A stretch of 64,000 nt of DNA, from positions 3,157,670 through 3,221,669 of the forward strand of contig OY759717.1 of the NCBI GenBank assembly GCA_963662525.1. The letters are read 5' to 3'. The DNA comes from Bacteroidales bacterium (GTDB taxonomy: Bacteria; Bacteroidota; Bacteroidia; Bacteroidales; FEN-979). Shown in pieces: positions 1-9,211 of this stretch. Position numbers and translations under genes: made by a program. The notes below the pieces were generated by a model. That model worked only from the letters and a program-made list of their open reading frames with translations, was not told the origin of the DNA and searched no databases. Numbering within the stretch: position 1 is the first letter of the stretch; each line of letters begins with the position of its first letter.

Positions 1-1
1 T

Positions 2-1357
2 AATGCCTCCGACACTTCTTTTGACCCGGGAAAATATATAGAATTCATTTATACCCTGAAAGGGGATGAGTATATGATCGGGTATTCTGTCAATTTCGCC
101 GGAATGGCAGAGGTGATGGATCCATCTACCAAATACCTCATCCTGAACTGGAATGATAATCTTAAAAGACAGGAAAAGTCAGTTAAGATGGAGCGTATGA
201 ATTCTACCCTTTATTATAAATATTTTGAAGATAAAGTGGATTATCTGTCAGAAACAAAGGATGAAGAGAAATACCTGAAAAATGAGCGAATCCAATGGCT
301 TTCCTTTAAACAGCAATTTTTTACCAGCAGCCTGATTGCAGAGAATTTTTTCAGCGAACCCAGGTTGCGGACCCTGACATTGCCCGGAGGTAATCATTAC
401 CTGAAATCCATGTCGGCAGAAGTTGGAATTCCATTTATTCCCAAGGAGAATAAGCAGGTTTCTATGAGGTTGTATTTTGGCCCGAATAAATTCTATACCC
501 TGAAAAAATACAACCTTGACCTGGAAAAGCAGATCCCGCTTGGCTGGGGATTTTTCCTGATGGCCTGGATCAATATTTATGCAGTCATCCCTGTATTTAC
601 CTTCTTCGGCAACTTTGGCTGGAATTATGGGATCATTATCCTGATCCTGACAATTCTGCTGAAAATCGTGTTGTTTCCGATTGCTTTTAAGACCTATAAG
701 TCCTCTGCCAAGATGCGCGTGCTGAAACCCGATATTGATGAACTGACCAAAAAGTTTACCAAAAAGGAAGATGCCCTGAAAAAGCAGCAGGCTACCATGG
801 AACTCTATAAAAAAGCCGGGGTTAACCCCATGGCTGGTTGCATACCGCTATTGCTTCAAATGCCTATTTTGATTGCCTTGTTCAGGTTCTTCCCTTCATC
901 CATCGAACTGCGGCAGCAAAGTTTTCTCTGGGCCACCGACCTTTCTTCCTATGATTCTATCTGGACATTCCCTGGTGGTTTTACCATTCCATGGTATGGA
1001 GATCATGTCAGTTTGTTCGCCTTGCTGATGACCATCTCAAGCGTTTTCTATACCCGCATTAACGACCAGATGATGGGTTCTTCCCAGCAACAGATGCCGG
1101 GTATGAAAACCATGATGTATATGATGCCGGTCATGTTCCTGTTCTGGTTCAATGATTATTCCTCTGGTTTGAGCTATTATTACCTGCTTGCCAACCTGCT
1201 GACTTTTGCCCAGATCTATATTATCCGATCGACGATTGACGAGAAAAAACTGCATGCCCAGATCGAAGCCAACAAGAAAAAAACGGTGAAGAAATCAGGC
1301 TTTCAGAAACGCCTGGAAGATATGGCCAAGAAACGCGGATACCCCGTCAAGAAATAA
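2..1357 (+). CDS. yidC: Membrane protein insertase YidC (5'-truncated by window edge)
   Basis: The frame is open from base 2. The C-terminal 60 kDa-insertase core has multiple TM helices (AGCIPLLLQMPILIALF, YYYLLANLLTFAQ) and a basic tail. Confidence 0.85.
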   Translation, partial: NASDTSFDPGKYIEFIYTLKGDEYMIGYSVNFAGMAEVMDPSTKYLILNWNDNLKRQEKSVKMERMNSTLYYKYFEDKVDYLSETKDEEKYLKNERIQWLSFKQQFFTSSLIAENFFSEPRLRTLTLPGGNHYLKSMSAEVGIPFIPKENKQVSMRLYFGPNKFYTLKKYNLDLEKQIPLGWGFFLMAWINIYAVIPVFTFFGNFGWNYGIIILILTILLKIVLFPIAFKTYKSSAKMRVLKPDIDELTKKFTKKEDALKKQQATMELYKKAGVNPMAGCIPLLLQMPILIALFRFFPSSIELRQQSFLWATDLSSYDSIWTFPGGFTIPWYGDHVSLFALLMTISSVFYTRINDQMMGSSQQQMPGMKTMMYMMPVMFLFWFNDYSSGLSYYYLLANLLTFAQIYIIRSTIDEKKLHAQIEANKKKTVKKSGFQKRLEDMAKKRGYPVKK

Positions 1358-2102
1358 TTTGCTTCATGTATTTCAGGAATAACGCAAGTCCCTGCTGTTT
1401 CTTTGCATCAAGTTGGTAGGAAATATTTTTTTCCAGGTATGCCAGGCAATCCTCACAGGCAGGAAGTTTGTCCCTGAAAAACTCGAGGCTCTCTGCTTTG
1501 TGTCCAACTCCCCAGGCAAGCGATTCACGGAATGGGGAAATTACTTTTTCAGGTAACTTTTCGCGAGAAATCCATACCGCGAAAACAAAGGGTAATCCTG
1601 TATATTTCATCCATTCCTCTGCAAGATCATACACAAAGGGATAGTGATGCCGTAATTCAAATGTTTTATCACCAATAGCAACCAATGCCTCCATCGGATT
1701 CCCTGAGATCGCTTGTCCCTGTTGGAGATTGGTCCAGGAAGGATGAATATCCCAGTATTTTTCGGCCAGGACCTTCACAAGTTGAACCGAAGTGCGGGAA
1801 TCAAAATCAAGATGGATCTGTTTAATTTGTTTTAAGGGAACCTGGGATAAAAGCAGAACCGTTTTAACCTGGCCTGTTGCACCGATACAGTAATCAGATA
1901 TGAAATGGAGCTTTTTGAAATCAGTCAGTGCTCCCACGGGTACAAGGGAAATATCAACCATTCCTTTGCTGAGTTTTTCCGCACAAACAGATGGAATGTC
2001 AAGATCCAGCCTGAAGTCCTTCAGAAACCCGGATTTCATCAATCCATATACAAAAGGAAAAGTATTGAGATAAGAAACGGCGGATATTTTCAGTTCATCC
2101 AT
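1347..2102 (-). CDS. mqnA: Chorismate dehydratase MqnA (futalosine menaquinone pathway, VitK2_biosynth family)
   Basis: The N-terminus LKISAVSYLNTFPFVYGL..DISLVPVGAL and a length of about 250 aa are typical of MqnA. Confidence 0.7.
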   Translation of the reverse strand: MDELKISAVSYLNTFPFVYGLMKSGFLKDFRLDLDIPSVCAEKLSKGMVDISLVPVGALTDFKKLHFISDYCIGATGQVKTVLLLSQVPLKQIKQIHLDFDSRTSVQLVKVLAEKYWDIHPSWTNLQQGQAISGNPMEALVAIGDKTFELRHHYPFVYDLAEEWMKYTGLPFVFAVWISREKLPEKVISPFRESLAWGVGHKAESLEFFRDKLPACEDCLAYLEKNISYQLDAKKQQGLALFLKYMKQIIS

Positions 2103-2164
2103 GGCTGGTTTTTCCGTGCAAAATTAATGGAAAATGCATTCTTTCCGATAGAAGTAAATTTCTT

Positions 2165-2172
2165 TATCTTTG
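2165..2172 (+). promoter_or_regulatory. Bacteroidota -7 promoter box TATCTTTG (TAnnTTTG)
   Basis: Exact match to the consensus, 23 nt upstream of the TTG start at 2195. Confidence 0.4.
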
Positions 2173-2194
2173 CTACTTTCAACTTTGAGATTTA

Positions 2195-2686
2195 TTGAAC
2201 AGAGTTTTAACCATCGTGATTCTCTCTTTATTCCTGTTTAATTCAATGGGGTATTATATTGTTTTTGAATTGAATAAATACCTCGTAAAAAAAGAGATGC
2301 AATCCTTTCTGCAATCAAACAAGGATCCTTTAGTCGTATTGAAAATTTCCGATCCGGAATCTGATCCGGATTTTTCCAGGCCTGATGCACGGGAAATCAT
2401 TTACCAGGGCAAATTATATGATGTAGTCAAAGAAATTAGAACAGCAAAGACGACCTGTTTCTACTGTCAACATGATGCCCGGGAAGAAATGCTGATCGCT
2501 GGATTTAAACGCATGGTAAAAAGTAAATTCAATCAGCATTTACTTGACCATGTTATTAAAATCGCCCTTGCCGGGACTGTATTGCATCTTCACCAATTGT
2601 TTGTACAGAAAGTTCATTATCCTGATTTTCTTATGGCACTCAGCTCTTCTGATTTTCCTCCTTTCAGTCCGCCGCCGGAAAGTTAA
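2195..2686 (+). CDS. Hypothetical membrane-anchored protein
   Basis: 163-aa ORF with one N-terminal TM helix, preceded by a promoter box. I recognise no family. The start is TTG. Confidence 0.45.
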   Translation: MNRVLTIVILSLFLFNSMGYYIVFELNKYLVKKEMQSFLQSNKDPLVVLKISDPESDPDFSRPDAREIIYQGKLYDVVKEIRTAKTTCFYCQHDAREEMLIAGFKRMVKSKFNQHLLDHVIKIALAGTVLHLHQLFVQKVHYPDFLMALSSSDFPPFSPPPES

Positions 2687-2777
2687 TGAATTCATATCTG
2701 CTCCGGATGCCCGGGACTATCCCTTTTCTTTGAAAGAGAGGCAGAGCAGTATGCCCGTGAATGAAATTTACTTATTT

Positions 2778-2785
2778 TAAATTTG
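2778..2785 (+). promoter_or_regulatory. Bacteroidota -7 promoter box TAAATTTG
   Basis: Exact TAnnTTTG match 22 nt upstream of ATG 2807. It overlaps the TTG at 2783 used by the ORF track, which argues for the ATG start. Confidence 0.45.
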
Positions 2786-2806
2786 TTAATCCAAAAAAAT
2801 AGTATC

Positions 2807-5227
2807 ATGAAATATTGTTTATATACCACCTTTTTGATATTTTTCACTGCCTTTTCGGGTTATGGCCAGCAGGTCAAAGTTCTCGATAAATCAGACCTGC
2901 AGCCCATCGGGCAGGTGACAATTTCCAATGTGCAGAAAACCATCATGGCCGTTACAGATGCCAATGGAATGGCTGATCTTTCTGCCTTTTCCGATTCCGC
3001 TTTACTCCTTTTTTCTCATGTGGCTTTTCAGTCAGTGAACTTGAAAAAAGCAGCATTATCAGAAAAATCAATGAAGGTTTATTTAACTGAGAATATTATT
3101 AAGCTTGATGAGTTTGTTTTTTCTGCCAACCGCACTGAGGAAAAGAAGTCAGACCTTCCTTATAAAATTGAGGTTATCCAGGCTAAGGATATTCAGTTTG
3201 GCAATCCCCAAACTGCAGCTACCATGCTTGAACAAACCGGTAACGTTTTTGTTCAGCAAAGCCAGATGGGAGGTGGAAGTCCTGTATTGCGGGGCTATGA
3301 AGCCAATAAAGTACTCCTGGTTGTTGACGGAATACGTATGAATAATGCTATTTACCGTGCAGGCCACCTTCAGAGTGCCATAACAGTTGATCCTTTCGGA
3401 CTTTCATCAACAGAAATCCTCTACGGGCCGGGGTCGACCATCTATGGCAGTGATGCATTGGGAGGGGTGATCAACTTCAGAACAAAAGACCCTGAACTTT
3501 CGACGAATGGAAAGTTTCAGGTCCACGGAAACCTGCTGGGCAGGTTTGCATCTGCCAACCTGGAAAAAACAGGTGGGATAAATCTTAATCTTGGCTGGAA
3601 GAAACTGGGGGTATTATTGAACTTTTCTTATAGCGATTTTGATGATCTTCGGGAGGGAAAAGTCCGTAACCCGGCTTATGGAACTTTTGGTGAGCGCTTG
3701 TATTATGCAGAACGGATCGATGGTAAAGATTCCACCCTGGCCAATGATAAGCCATGGATACAGAAACAATCAGGCTATTCTCAATATAATTTCCTGGGAA
3801 AAATACTCTTTCAGCCGGGAGTGCACAGTAAATATATGCTGAATTTCCAATATTCCAATTCAAGTAATATTCCACGTTACGACAGGCTTACGGAAATGAA
3901 AAATGACAGTACCATGAAATTTGCTGAATGGTATTATGGTCCGCAAACCCGGTTGCTGGCCTCACTGAAGGCTGAATATAACCTTAATGCGGTGATCTTT
4001 GACCATGCATCCATTATCCTGGCCTACCAGAATTCACATGAAGATCGCATACAGCGCGATTTTGGAAGCAAAAAAAAGAAATATAATCTGGAAACCATCG
4101 GGGTGATTTCGGTCAATGCGGATTTCGATAAGAAACTGGGCAGTAAGGACAATCTCAGGTATGGTTTAGAATTTCAATATAATGATGTCAGTTCCAAAGC
4201 ACACAATGAAAATATTATAACCGGCGTAAATACCGATGACCGTGCTACGAGGTATCCTGATCAGAAGGCAAACATGATGTATATCTCTGCATACCTGTCG
4301 AATACCTGGAATATCAATAAGGTTCTTGCCTTTTCCCAGGGCGCCCGTTTTAACTATGTAACCCTCAATGCAGCCTATTCCGATACCATGGTGAAGATCA
4401 TGAAAATTCCTTTTGACCCCAATATCAGCCAGAGAAATGCCGCGGTTAATGGTTATCTTGGTCTGGTTGCTACTCCCGGTTATGACTGGAAGTTTGCGCT
4501 TGTCGGTTCTACCGGATTCAGGGCTCCGAATATTGATGACCTGACGAAGCTGAATGTCGTGAACGGGCAGACCATTGTTGTCCCGAATCCGGACCTTAAG
4601 CCGGAATATGCTTATAATCTTGAAATCTCCGTGGCAAAAACCATCCTTGGGAAAGTTAGGCTGGAAGGTAGCGCCTTCTATAACTGGCTTCAGAATGCGA
4701 TGGTGATAGAACCTTTTAAATACAATGGCATGGATTCTATAGAGATTGATGGAGAGAAATACCAGACCATGGCTCCAACCAATGCCGGAAGAGCATACAT
4801 ATGCGGAGTACAGGGTAGTTTGCTGGCCCAGGTTACCCGTTCATTCTCTATCGTCAGCAATCTGACTTATACCTATGGCTATAATGAAAGTGAAGGGGCC
4901 CCTCTCGATCATATTCCTCCGTTTTTTGGAATGACTTCTTTCCGTCTTGAACTTAAAAAATTCAAAGGTGATTTTTACGTGATGTATAATGGCTGGAAAC
5001 GGATCAGTCAGTATAGTCCTGGAGGAGAGGATAATGAAGTTTATGCCACTCCTTATGGCATGCCTTCCTGGTACACCCTGAACCTGAAATTAAGCTACCA
5101 GATCGAAAGACATATCAACATTGAACTGGGGATGGAAAACATACTGGATGAGAATTATCGCAAATTTGCATCAGGAATCAGCAGCCCCGGTCGCAACATT
5201 ATTGTTGCGCTCCGAGCTAATCTTTAA
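2807..5227 (+). CDS. TonB-dependent receptor with N-terminal carboxypeptidase-regulatory-like domain
   Basis: Signal peptide MKYCLYTTFLIFFTAFSGYGQQ, plug-domain motifs (VLRGYEANKVLLVVDGIRMNN, YGSDALGGVINF), a long beta-barrel and a terminal aromatic-rich strand. Confidence 0.85.
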   Translation: MKYCLYTTFLIFFTAFSGYGQQVKVLDKSDLQPIGQVTISNVQKTIMAVTDANGMADLSAFSDSALLLFSHVAFQSVNLKKAALSEKSMKVYLTENIIKLDEFVFSANRTEEKKSDLPYKIEVIQAKDIQFGNPQTAATMLEQTGNVFVQQSQMGGGSPVLRGYEANKVLLVVDGIRMNNAIYRAGHLQSAITVDPFGLSSTEILYGPGSTIYGSDALGGVINFRTKDPELSTNGKFQVHGNLLGRFASANLEKTGGINLNLGWKKLGVLLNFSYSDFDDLREGKVRNPAYGTFGERLYYAERIDGKDSTLANDKPWIQKQSGYSQYNFLGKILFQPGVHSKYMLNFQYSNSSNIPRYDRLTEMKNDSTMKFAEWYYGPQTRLLASLKAEYNLNAVIFDHASIILAYQNSHEDRIQRDFGSKKKKYNLETIGVISVNADFDKKLGSKDNLRYGLEFQYNDVSSKAHNENIITGVNTDDRATRYPDQKANMMYISAYLSNTWNINKVLAFSQGARFNYVTLNAAYSDTMVKIMKIPFDPNISQRNAAVNGYLGLVATPGYDWKFALVGSTGFRAPNIDDLTKLNVVNGQTIVVPNPDLKPEYAYNLEISVAKTILGKVRLEGSAFYNWLQNAMVIEPFKYNGMDSIEIDGEKYQTMAPTNAGRAYICGVQGSLLAQVTRSFSIVSNLTYTYGYNESEGAPLDHIPPFFGMTSFRLELKKFKGDFYVMYNGWKRISQYSPGGEDNEVYATPYGMPSWYTLNLKLSYQIERHINIELGMENILDENYRKFASGISSPGRNIIVALRANL

Positions 5228-5800
5228 TAAGTGCTTGTGGATGGATAGAACCTGTGGAATGACAAGCTGGGCTCCGTCATTGATGATTACAAAGTCGGCA
5301 AGCTCAGCTTTCACTGAATCATCCATCTGAAAATTCATTCGTTTTATTACGGAATTGCCATCAATCTGGTCGCGTTTTATAACCCTTTTGATGGCAATTT
5401 CTTTTGGACAGGAAACATGGATGATAAAATCATATTCCGCTGCCAATCCACTTTCAAACAGGATGGCTGCCTCCTGGATAAGATAAGGTTCTGATTTAAA
5501 TCCCGTTACCCACTTAAGGAAATCTTGTCTGACCAAGGGATGCAGAACGGAATTCAATAGCTGCAGAGATTCTTCATTCGTAAAAACAATAGAAGCCAGC
5601 GATCTGCGGTTAATCTTGCCATCATTCGATAAAATGCTGTATCCGAAAATCTTGGTAAGTTTCTGAATCACTTTCTCTGAATCCAGAAATTTTTTTGACT
5701 CATCGTCAGCAGGGTATATTTTAATGCCCAGGGTCGAGAAAATACCTGCAATGGTACTTTTCCCACTTCCTATATTCCCGGTAAGTCCAACTTTCAACAT
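5171..5800 (-). CDS. coaE: Dephospho-CoA kinase
   Basis: P-loop GLTGNIGSGKST and the CoaE layout. The last ~15 codons run antisense into the receptor 3' end. Confidence 0.85.
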   Translation of the reverse strand: MLKVGLTGNIGSGKSTIAGIFSTLGIKIYPADDESKKFLDSEKVIQKLTKIFGYSILSNDGKINRRSLASIVFTNEESLQLLNSVLHPLVRQDFLKWVTGFKSEPYLIQEAAILFESGLAAEYDFIIHVSCPKEIAIKRVIKRDQIDGNSVIKRMNFQMDDSVKAELADFVIINDGAQLVIPQVLSIHKHLLKISSERNNNVATGAADS

Positions 5801-5803
5801 GAA

Positions 5804-6286
5804 TCAGTAAATGGTAGAGTTTCTTGGACGACGCCGGGTGAACTCGAAGAAAAGAGTATCAGGGGTGACAAAAAAAACTTCACTTGGGAAATTTGTCTCC
5901 GCGGCAATCTCTTTTCCGATAGGGTGTGTCAGCAATATTCCAACAATATGTGAATCGCGATATTTCACTTTAATATTTTGCAGGCTGACATCATGGTAAC
6001 GTTTGGAAGGAAAAAGAAACTGCTCGGAGAAAAAGTCAAATCCCTGCAATTTAATTTTGATGGTAAGCGTACTATCGGAAGCACTCAAAATCTGGTAATT
6101 TGCAGGGACCTGAGTATAGTTTAACTGATAATCCAGGGTATAGTAATAATCTCTGGAAAGTCTTACCAAAGCCCAGATGAAACAGGATATTACCAGGCAG
6201 ATGATAAATATGTAAAGCTGATGTCGGAATTTATCGCTTTTTCTCTTCCTGGCATTACCGATGAATTCAATGAATTCGGGCTTCAC
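5804..6286 (-). CDS. Hypothetical single-pass membrane protein (possibly YbbR-like)
   Basis: 160-aa ORF with an N-terminal TM helix, tightly packed between yajC and coaE. The start is GTG. Confidence 0.5.
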   Translation of the reverse strand: MKPEFIEFIGNARKRKSDKFRHQLYIFIICLVISCFIWALVRLSRDYYYTLDYQLNYTQVPANYQILSASDSTLTIKIKLQGFDFFSEQFLFPSKRYHDVSLQNIKVKYRDSHIVGILLTHPIGKEIAAETNFPSEVFFVTPDTLFFEFTRRRPRNSTIY

Positions 6287-6306
6287 GGTAATGGTAATTG
6301 GTCAGT

Positions 6307-6636
6307 TTATTTGTTTTCGATGGTCTGGTTGCTGTCGAGAGCAATGGCCGATTTTTCAACGCGTAGTCTGACCTGGTTTTCAACTTCAATGGTCACAGTC
6401 GTTTCCTGGATTTCAACAATGCGTCCATGAATGCCACCAATGGTGATTACTTTCTGACCCTTCTCCAGCGACTCCCTGAATTTTTTTTGATCTTTCGACC
6501 GTTTCATCTGGGGACGGATAAAGAAGAAATAAAACACAACGATGATCAATAATAAAGGAAGGAAAGACCACCAGCCATTTTGCTGTCCACCCTGGCCCTG
6601 AGGAGCCATAAGCAGGATATTCAATAGATTTGTCAT
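6307..6636 (-). CDS. yajC: Preprotein translocase subunit YajC
   Basis: FFFIRPQMKRSKDQKKF..GQKVITIGGIHGRIVEI is the YajC signature. Confidence 0.85.
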   Translation of the reverse strand: MTNLLNILLMAPQGQGGQQNGWWSFLPLLLIIVVFYFFFIRPQMKRSKDQKKFRESLEKGQKVITIGGIHGRIVEIQETTVTIEVENQVRLRVEKSAIALDSNQTIENK

Positions 6637-6640
6637 AATA

Positions 6641-6717
6641 ATTTACGATTTACGATTAATAATTTAACTCACAAACTCACCAGCTCACCAACTCACCAGC
6701 TCACCAGCTCACCAACT
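6641..6717. repeat. Intercistronic tandem repeats: ATTTACG x2.4 (6641-6657), then an 8-nt unit RCTCACMA x6 (6667-6717)
   Basis: Read directly: atttacgatttacgatt ... actcacaa actcacca gctcacca actcacca gctcacca gctcacca act. Confidence 0.9.
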
Positions 6718-7195
6718 ATTTATTCCCTCCAGGTGCCGTAACCTGTGCCTTAATATTGAGTAAGGTAGTATTGGGCTGAGTATTGGCAACGACCAGGATA
6801 TTTTTTGATTGAAAGCCCCTTTTACCCTGGCTGTTAAAGGCAATGCGGATCACACCTTCTTCGCCTGGCCGGATCGGTGTTTTCGGATAGGAGGGAACCG
6901 TACATCCGCAGGAAGTACTTACTTCCGCGATGATCATATCAGACTTTCCGGTATTTTTAAATTTAAAATTAAAAGCAACAGTTTCTCCTTCCAGAATTTT
7001 TCCAAAATCATGCTCCGTTTCTTCAAATTGAAAAACCGGGAGCAGGGTCTGATCTGTTTTTCCGTCAGCTGTATTCGGGTTATTGACAACATCGGTAGAA
7101 ATATTTCCCTGTTCGCTGCCTGAACCGGAATGACAGGAATGTAATAGCATTCCGGCAAATATGGTGAGGAAAAGAAAAAATGATTTGACCCGCAT
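6716..7195 (-). CDS. DUF1573 domain-containing lipoprotein
   Basis: Signal/lipobox LLHSC plus the DUF1573 core FKFKNTG..STSCGCTVP. Confidence 0.8.
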   Translation of the reverse strand: MRVKSFFLFLTIFAGMLLHSCHSGSGSEQGNISTDVVNNPNTADGKTDQTLLPVFQFEETEHDFGKILEGETVAFNFKFKNTGKSDMIIAEVSTSCGCTVPSYPKTPIRPGEEGVIRIAFNSQGKRGFQSKNILVVANTQPNTTLLNIKAQVTAPGGNK

Positions 7196-7267
7196 TAATT
7201 GATTTCTTTTTTTACTGGGTACAAAAGTACGAAATTCCGATTAAATAAAATCCTAATTTTACAAGCT

Positions 7268-7795
7268 ATGAGGATATATCTTGTCGGATATATGGCTTCC
7301 GGTAAATCAAGACTGGGTCAGGACCTGGCGGCTGGTCTTGAATATGAGTTTCTGGATCTGGATGATATATTTGAAGAGAGATTCCATATCAGTATTCTGG
7401 ATTTTTTCGATAAATACGGTGAAACCCACTTCAGACAAATAGAACAGCGGTTATTGTTTGAAACGGTAAGTTTGAAAAATACAGTCATTGCCACAGGTGG
7501 CGGAACGCCTTGTTTTCTGGACAATATGTCCTTTATCAGGGATCACGGACTATCTGTTTATTTGTACTGGCCTGCGGAAGCCCTTGCAGAACGATTGATC
7601 CAGGTCAGAAAAAAGCGTCCCCTGATCAAAAACCTGGCCCCGGGTGAAATGGATGAATTTATTCAGAAACATTTAAAAGAGAGGGAGGTTTTCTATCGGC
7701 AGGCCGATATTCTCTTTGATATGAAGCAGAAAGATTTATTCAGCCTGATCAACCGGATAAGAATTCAGGAAAGTATCGACGACTCTTCTTTTTAG
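7268..7795 (+). CDS. aroK: Shikimate kinase
   Basis: MRIYLVGYMASGKSRLG P-loop, ATGGG motif, about 175 aa. The upstream extension in the ORF track is not supported. Confidence 0.8.
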   Translation: MRIYLVGYMASGKSRLGQDLAAGLEYEFLDLDDIFEERFHISILDFFDKYGETHFRQIEQRLLFETVSLKNTVIATGGGTPCFLDNMSFIRDHGLSVYLYWPAEALAERLIQVRKKRPLIKNLAPGEMDEFIQKHLKEREVFYRQADILFDMKQKDLFSLINRIRIQESIDDSSF

Positions 7796-9211
7796 CAGTA
7801 CAATATTTTCTACATGCTGGGTATGTGGAAACATGTCGACGGGCTGCGACAGTATCAATTCAAATTTTTCTGATAGGATAGACAGATCACGTGCCTGGGT
7901 TGCGGGATTACAACTGATATAAACAATTTTTTCCGGATATATTTCCAGCAAAGCCCTGATCACTTTTTCGTGCATCCCGGAGCGAGGTGGATCTGTAATT
8001 ATAGTTTCAGGATGGCCGTTCCTGCTAACAAAATCAGGAGTCAGCAATTTCTCTGTCTCACCGGCAAAAAAACGGGTGTTGGTAATTCCGTTCAGTATAG
8101 CATTGGCTTGTGCATCTTCGATGGCCGAAGGCACCGACTCCAGTCCGATAACCTTTCCGACAATTGGAGCAATGTAATTGGCAATGGTTCCTGTGCCGGT
8201 ATAGAGATCGTAAACCGTTTCTTTTCCTTGAAATCCGGCAAGTTCAGCCACTTTGCGGTAAAGATTCATCGCCTGGGTAGAATTTGTCTGGAAAAATGAT
8301 AAGGGACCTATGCGAAATAGCAGATCTTTCCCACCTTCTTTAAATGCCGGTATTCTTTCTGTGATAAATGCCTGTCCTTTGAAAAGTACCGGCTGTAAAT
8401 CACTGATTACATCATTTTTCTTGGGATTGATGACATAAAAGAGGGAAGTGATGGAAGGGAAGGCGGTAGCCAGTGCGGTCATTAAATCAGCAATAATTTT
8501 TTCATCATTCTCACGAAAAACCATGATCACCATCCATTCCCCCAATGTTGTGTTCCGAATGATCAGGTTACGCAGGAGTCCGGTCCAGTTGCGGACATCG
8601 TAGAAACTAAGCTGATGAAGTACCGCGTATTCCCTGATGAATAAGCGAATGGTATTGGTTGGTTCAGGCTGTAAAAAACATTGCTGAATATCGAGTACAC
8701 GATCGAACAGGGTAGGGATGTGAAAACCCAGTGCATTCCGGTCTTCCTGTGAATCTTCTCCATCTTTCAGGGCTTCTGTAAACCAGCGGCGGTTGGAAAA
8801 AGTGTATTCAAGTTTGTTCCGGTATTCCTGTTGAAAAGGGGATGGAAGAATGGGTAATACCACGGCATCCTTGAATTTTCCGATCCGTTTCAGGCTTTCA
8901 GCGACCTGCTTGTGTTTGAAATATAACTGTTCATCATATTTCAGGTTTTGCCAACGGCATCCTCCGCAGATTCCAAAATGAAGGCAAAATGGCTTGCTGC
9001 GTTGATCAGAATAGGTATGAAATCTGATGACTTTTCCTTCACGGTAGGATCGTTTTCTTTTAACGACCTGAATATCCACTACATCTCCCGGAATAACATA
9101 AGGAAGGAAGATCACCAGTTCACCGACACGGGCAACGGCTTTTCCATCCGAGGCAATGTCAATGATCTCCACTTTTTCATAGACTGGAAGAGGCATATTT
9201 TTTCTGCTCAT
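7736..9211 (-). CDS. rlmD: 23S rRNA (uracil-5-)-methyltransferase RlmD/RumA
   Basis: N-terminal TRAM domain, Fe-S cysteines (CLHFGICGGCRWQ), SAM-binding DLYTGTGTI and catalytic YISCNPAT. Confidence 0.85.
   Translation of the reverse strand: MSRKNMPLPVYEKVEIIDIASDGKAVARVGELVIFLPYVIPGDVVDIQVVKRKRSYREGKVIRFHTYSDQRSKPFCLHFGICGGCRWQNLKYDEQLYFKHKQVAESLKRIGKFKDAVVLPILPSPFQQEYRNKLEYTFSNRRWFTEALKDGEDSQEDRNALGFHIPTLFDRVLDIQQCFLQPEPTNTIRLFIREYAVLHQLSFYDVRNWTGLLRNLIIRNTTLGEWMVIMVFRENDEKIIADLMTALATAFPSITSLFYVINPKKNDVISDLQPVLFKGQAFITERIPAFKEGGKDLLFRIGPLSFFQTNSTQAMNLYRKVAELAGFQGKETVYDLYTGTGTIANYIAPIVGKVIGLESVPSAIEDAQANAILNGITNTRFFAGETEKLLTPDFVSRNGHPETIITDPPRSGMHEKVIRALLEIYPEKIVYISCNPATQARDLSILSEKFELILSQPVDMFPHTQHVENIVLLKRRVVDTFLNSYPVDQAE

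Noticed and set aside
2783-2806. TTG or GTG starts proposed by the ORF track at 2783, 12303, 27848, 34057 and 48269.
   Set aside because: In the first four cases the TTG lies within or directly beside a TAnnTTTG promoter box, and an in-frame ATG follows with a sensible N-terminus (a signal peptide in three of the four). For rplS the ATG at 48260 gives the conserved L19 N-terminus.
5171-5227. Overlaps of 57 and 60 nt between convergent gene 3' ends (receptor/coaE here, aroK/rlmD at 7736-7795) as possible antisense regulation.
   Set aside because: The overlapping portions are non-conserved-looking C-terminal tails beyond the recognisable domain ends. The simplest reading is run-on to the first available stop in a compact genome. 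There is no independent evidence of function.
6641-6717. Could the short tandem repeats here (and at 28745-28800, 30659-30715, 53004-53071) be CRISPR arrays?
   Set aside because: The units are only 7-8 nt and directly abutting, with no unique spacers. No cas genes are present. They are microsatellite-like tandem repeats, not CRISPR.
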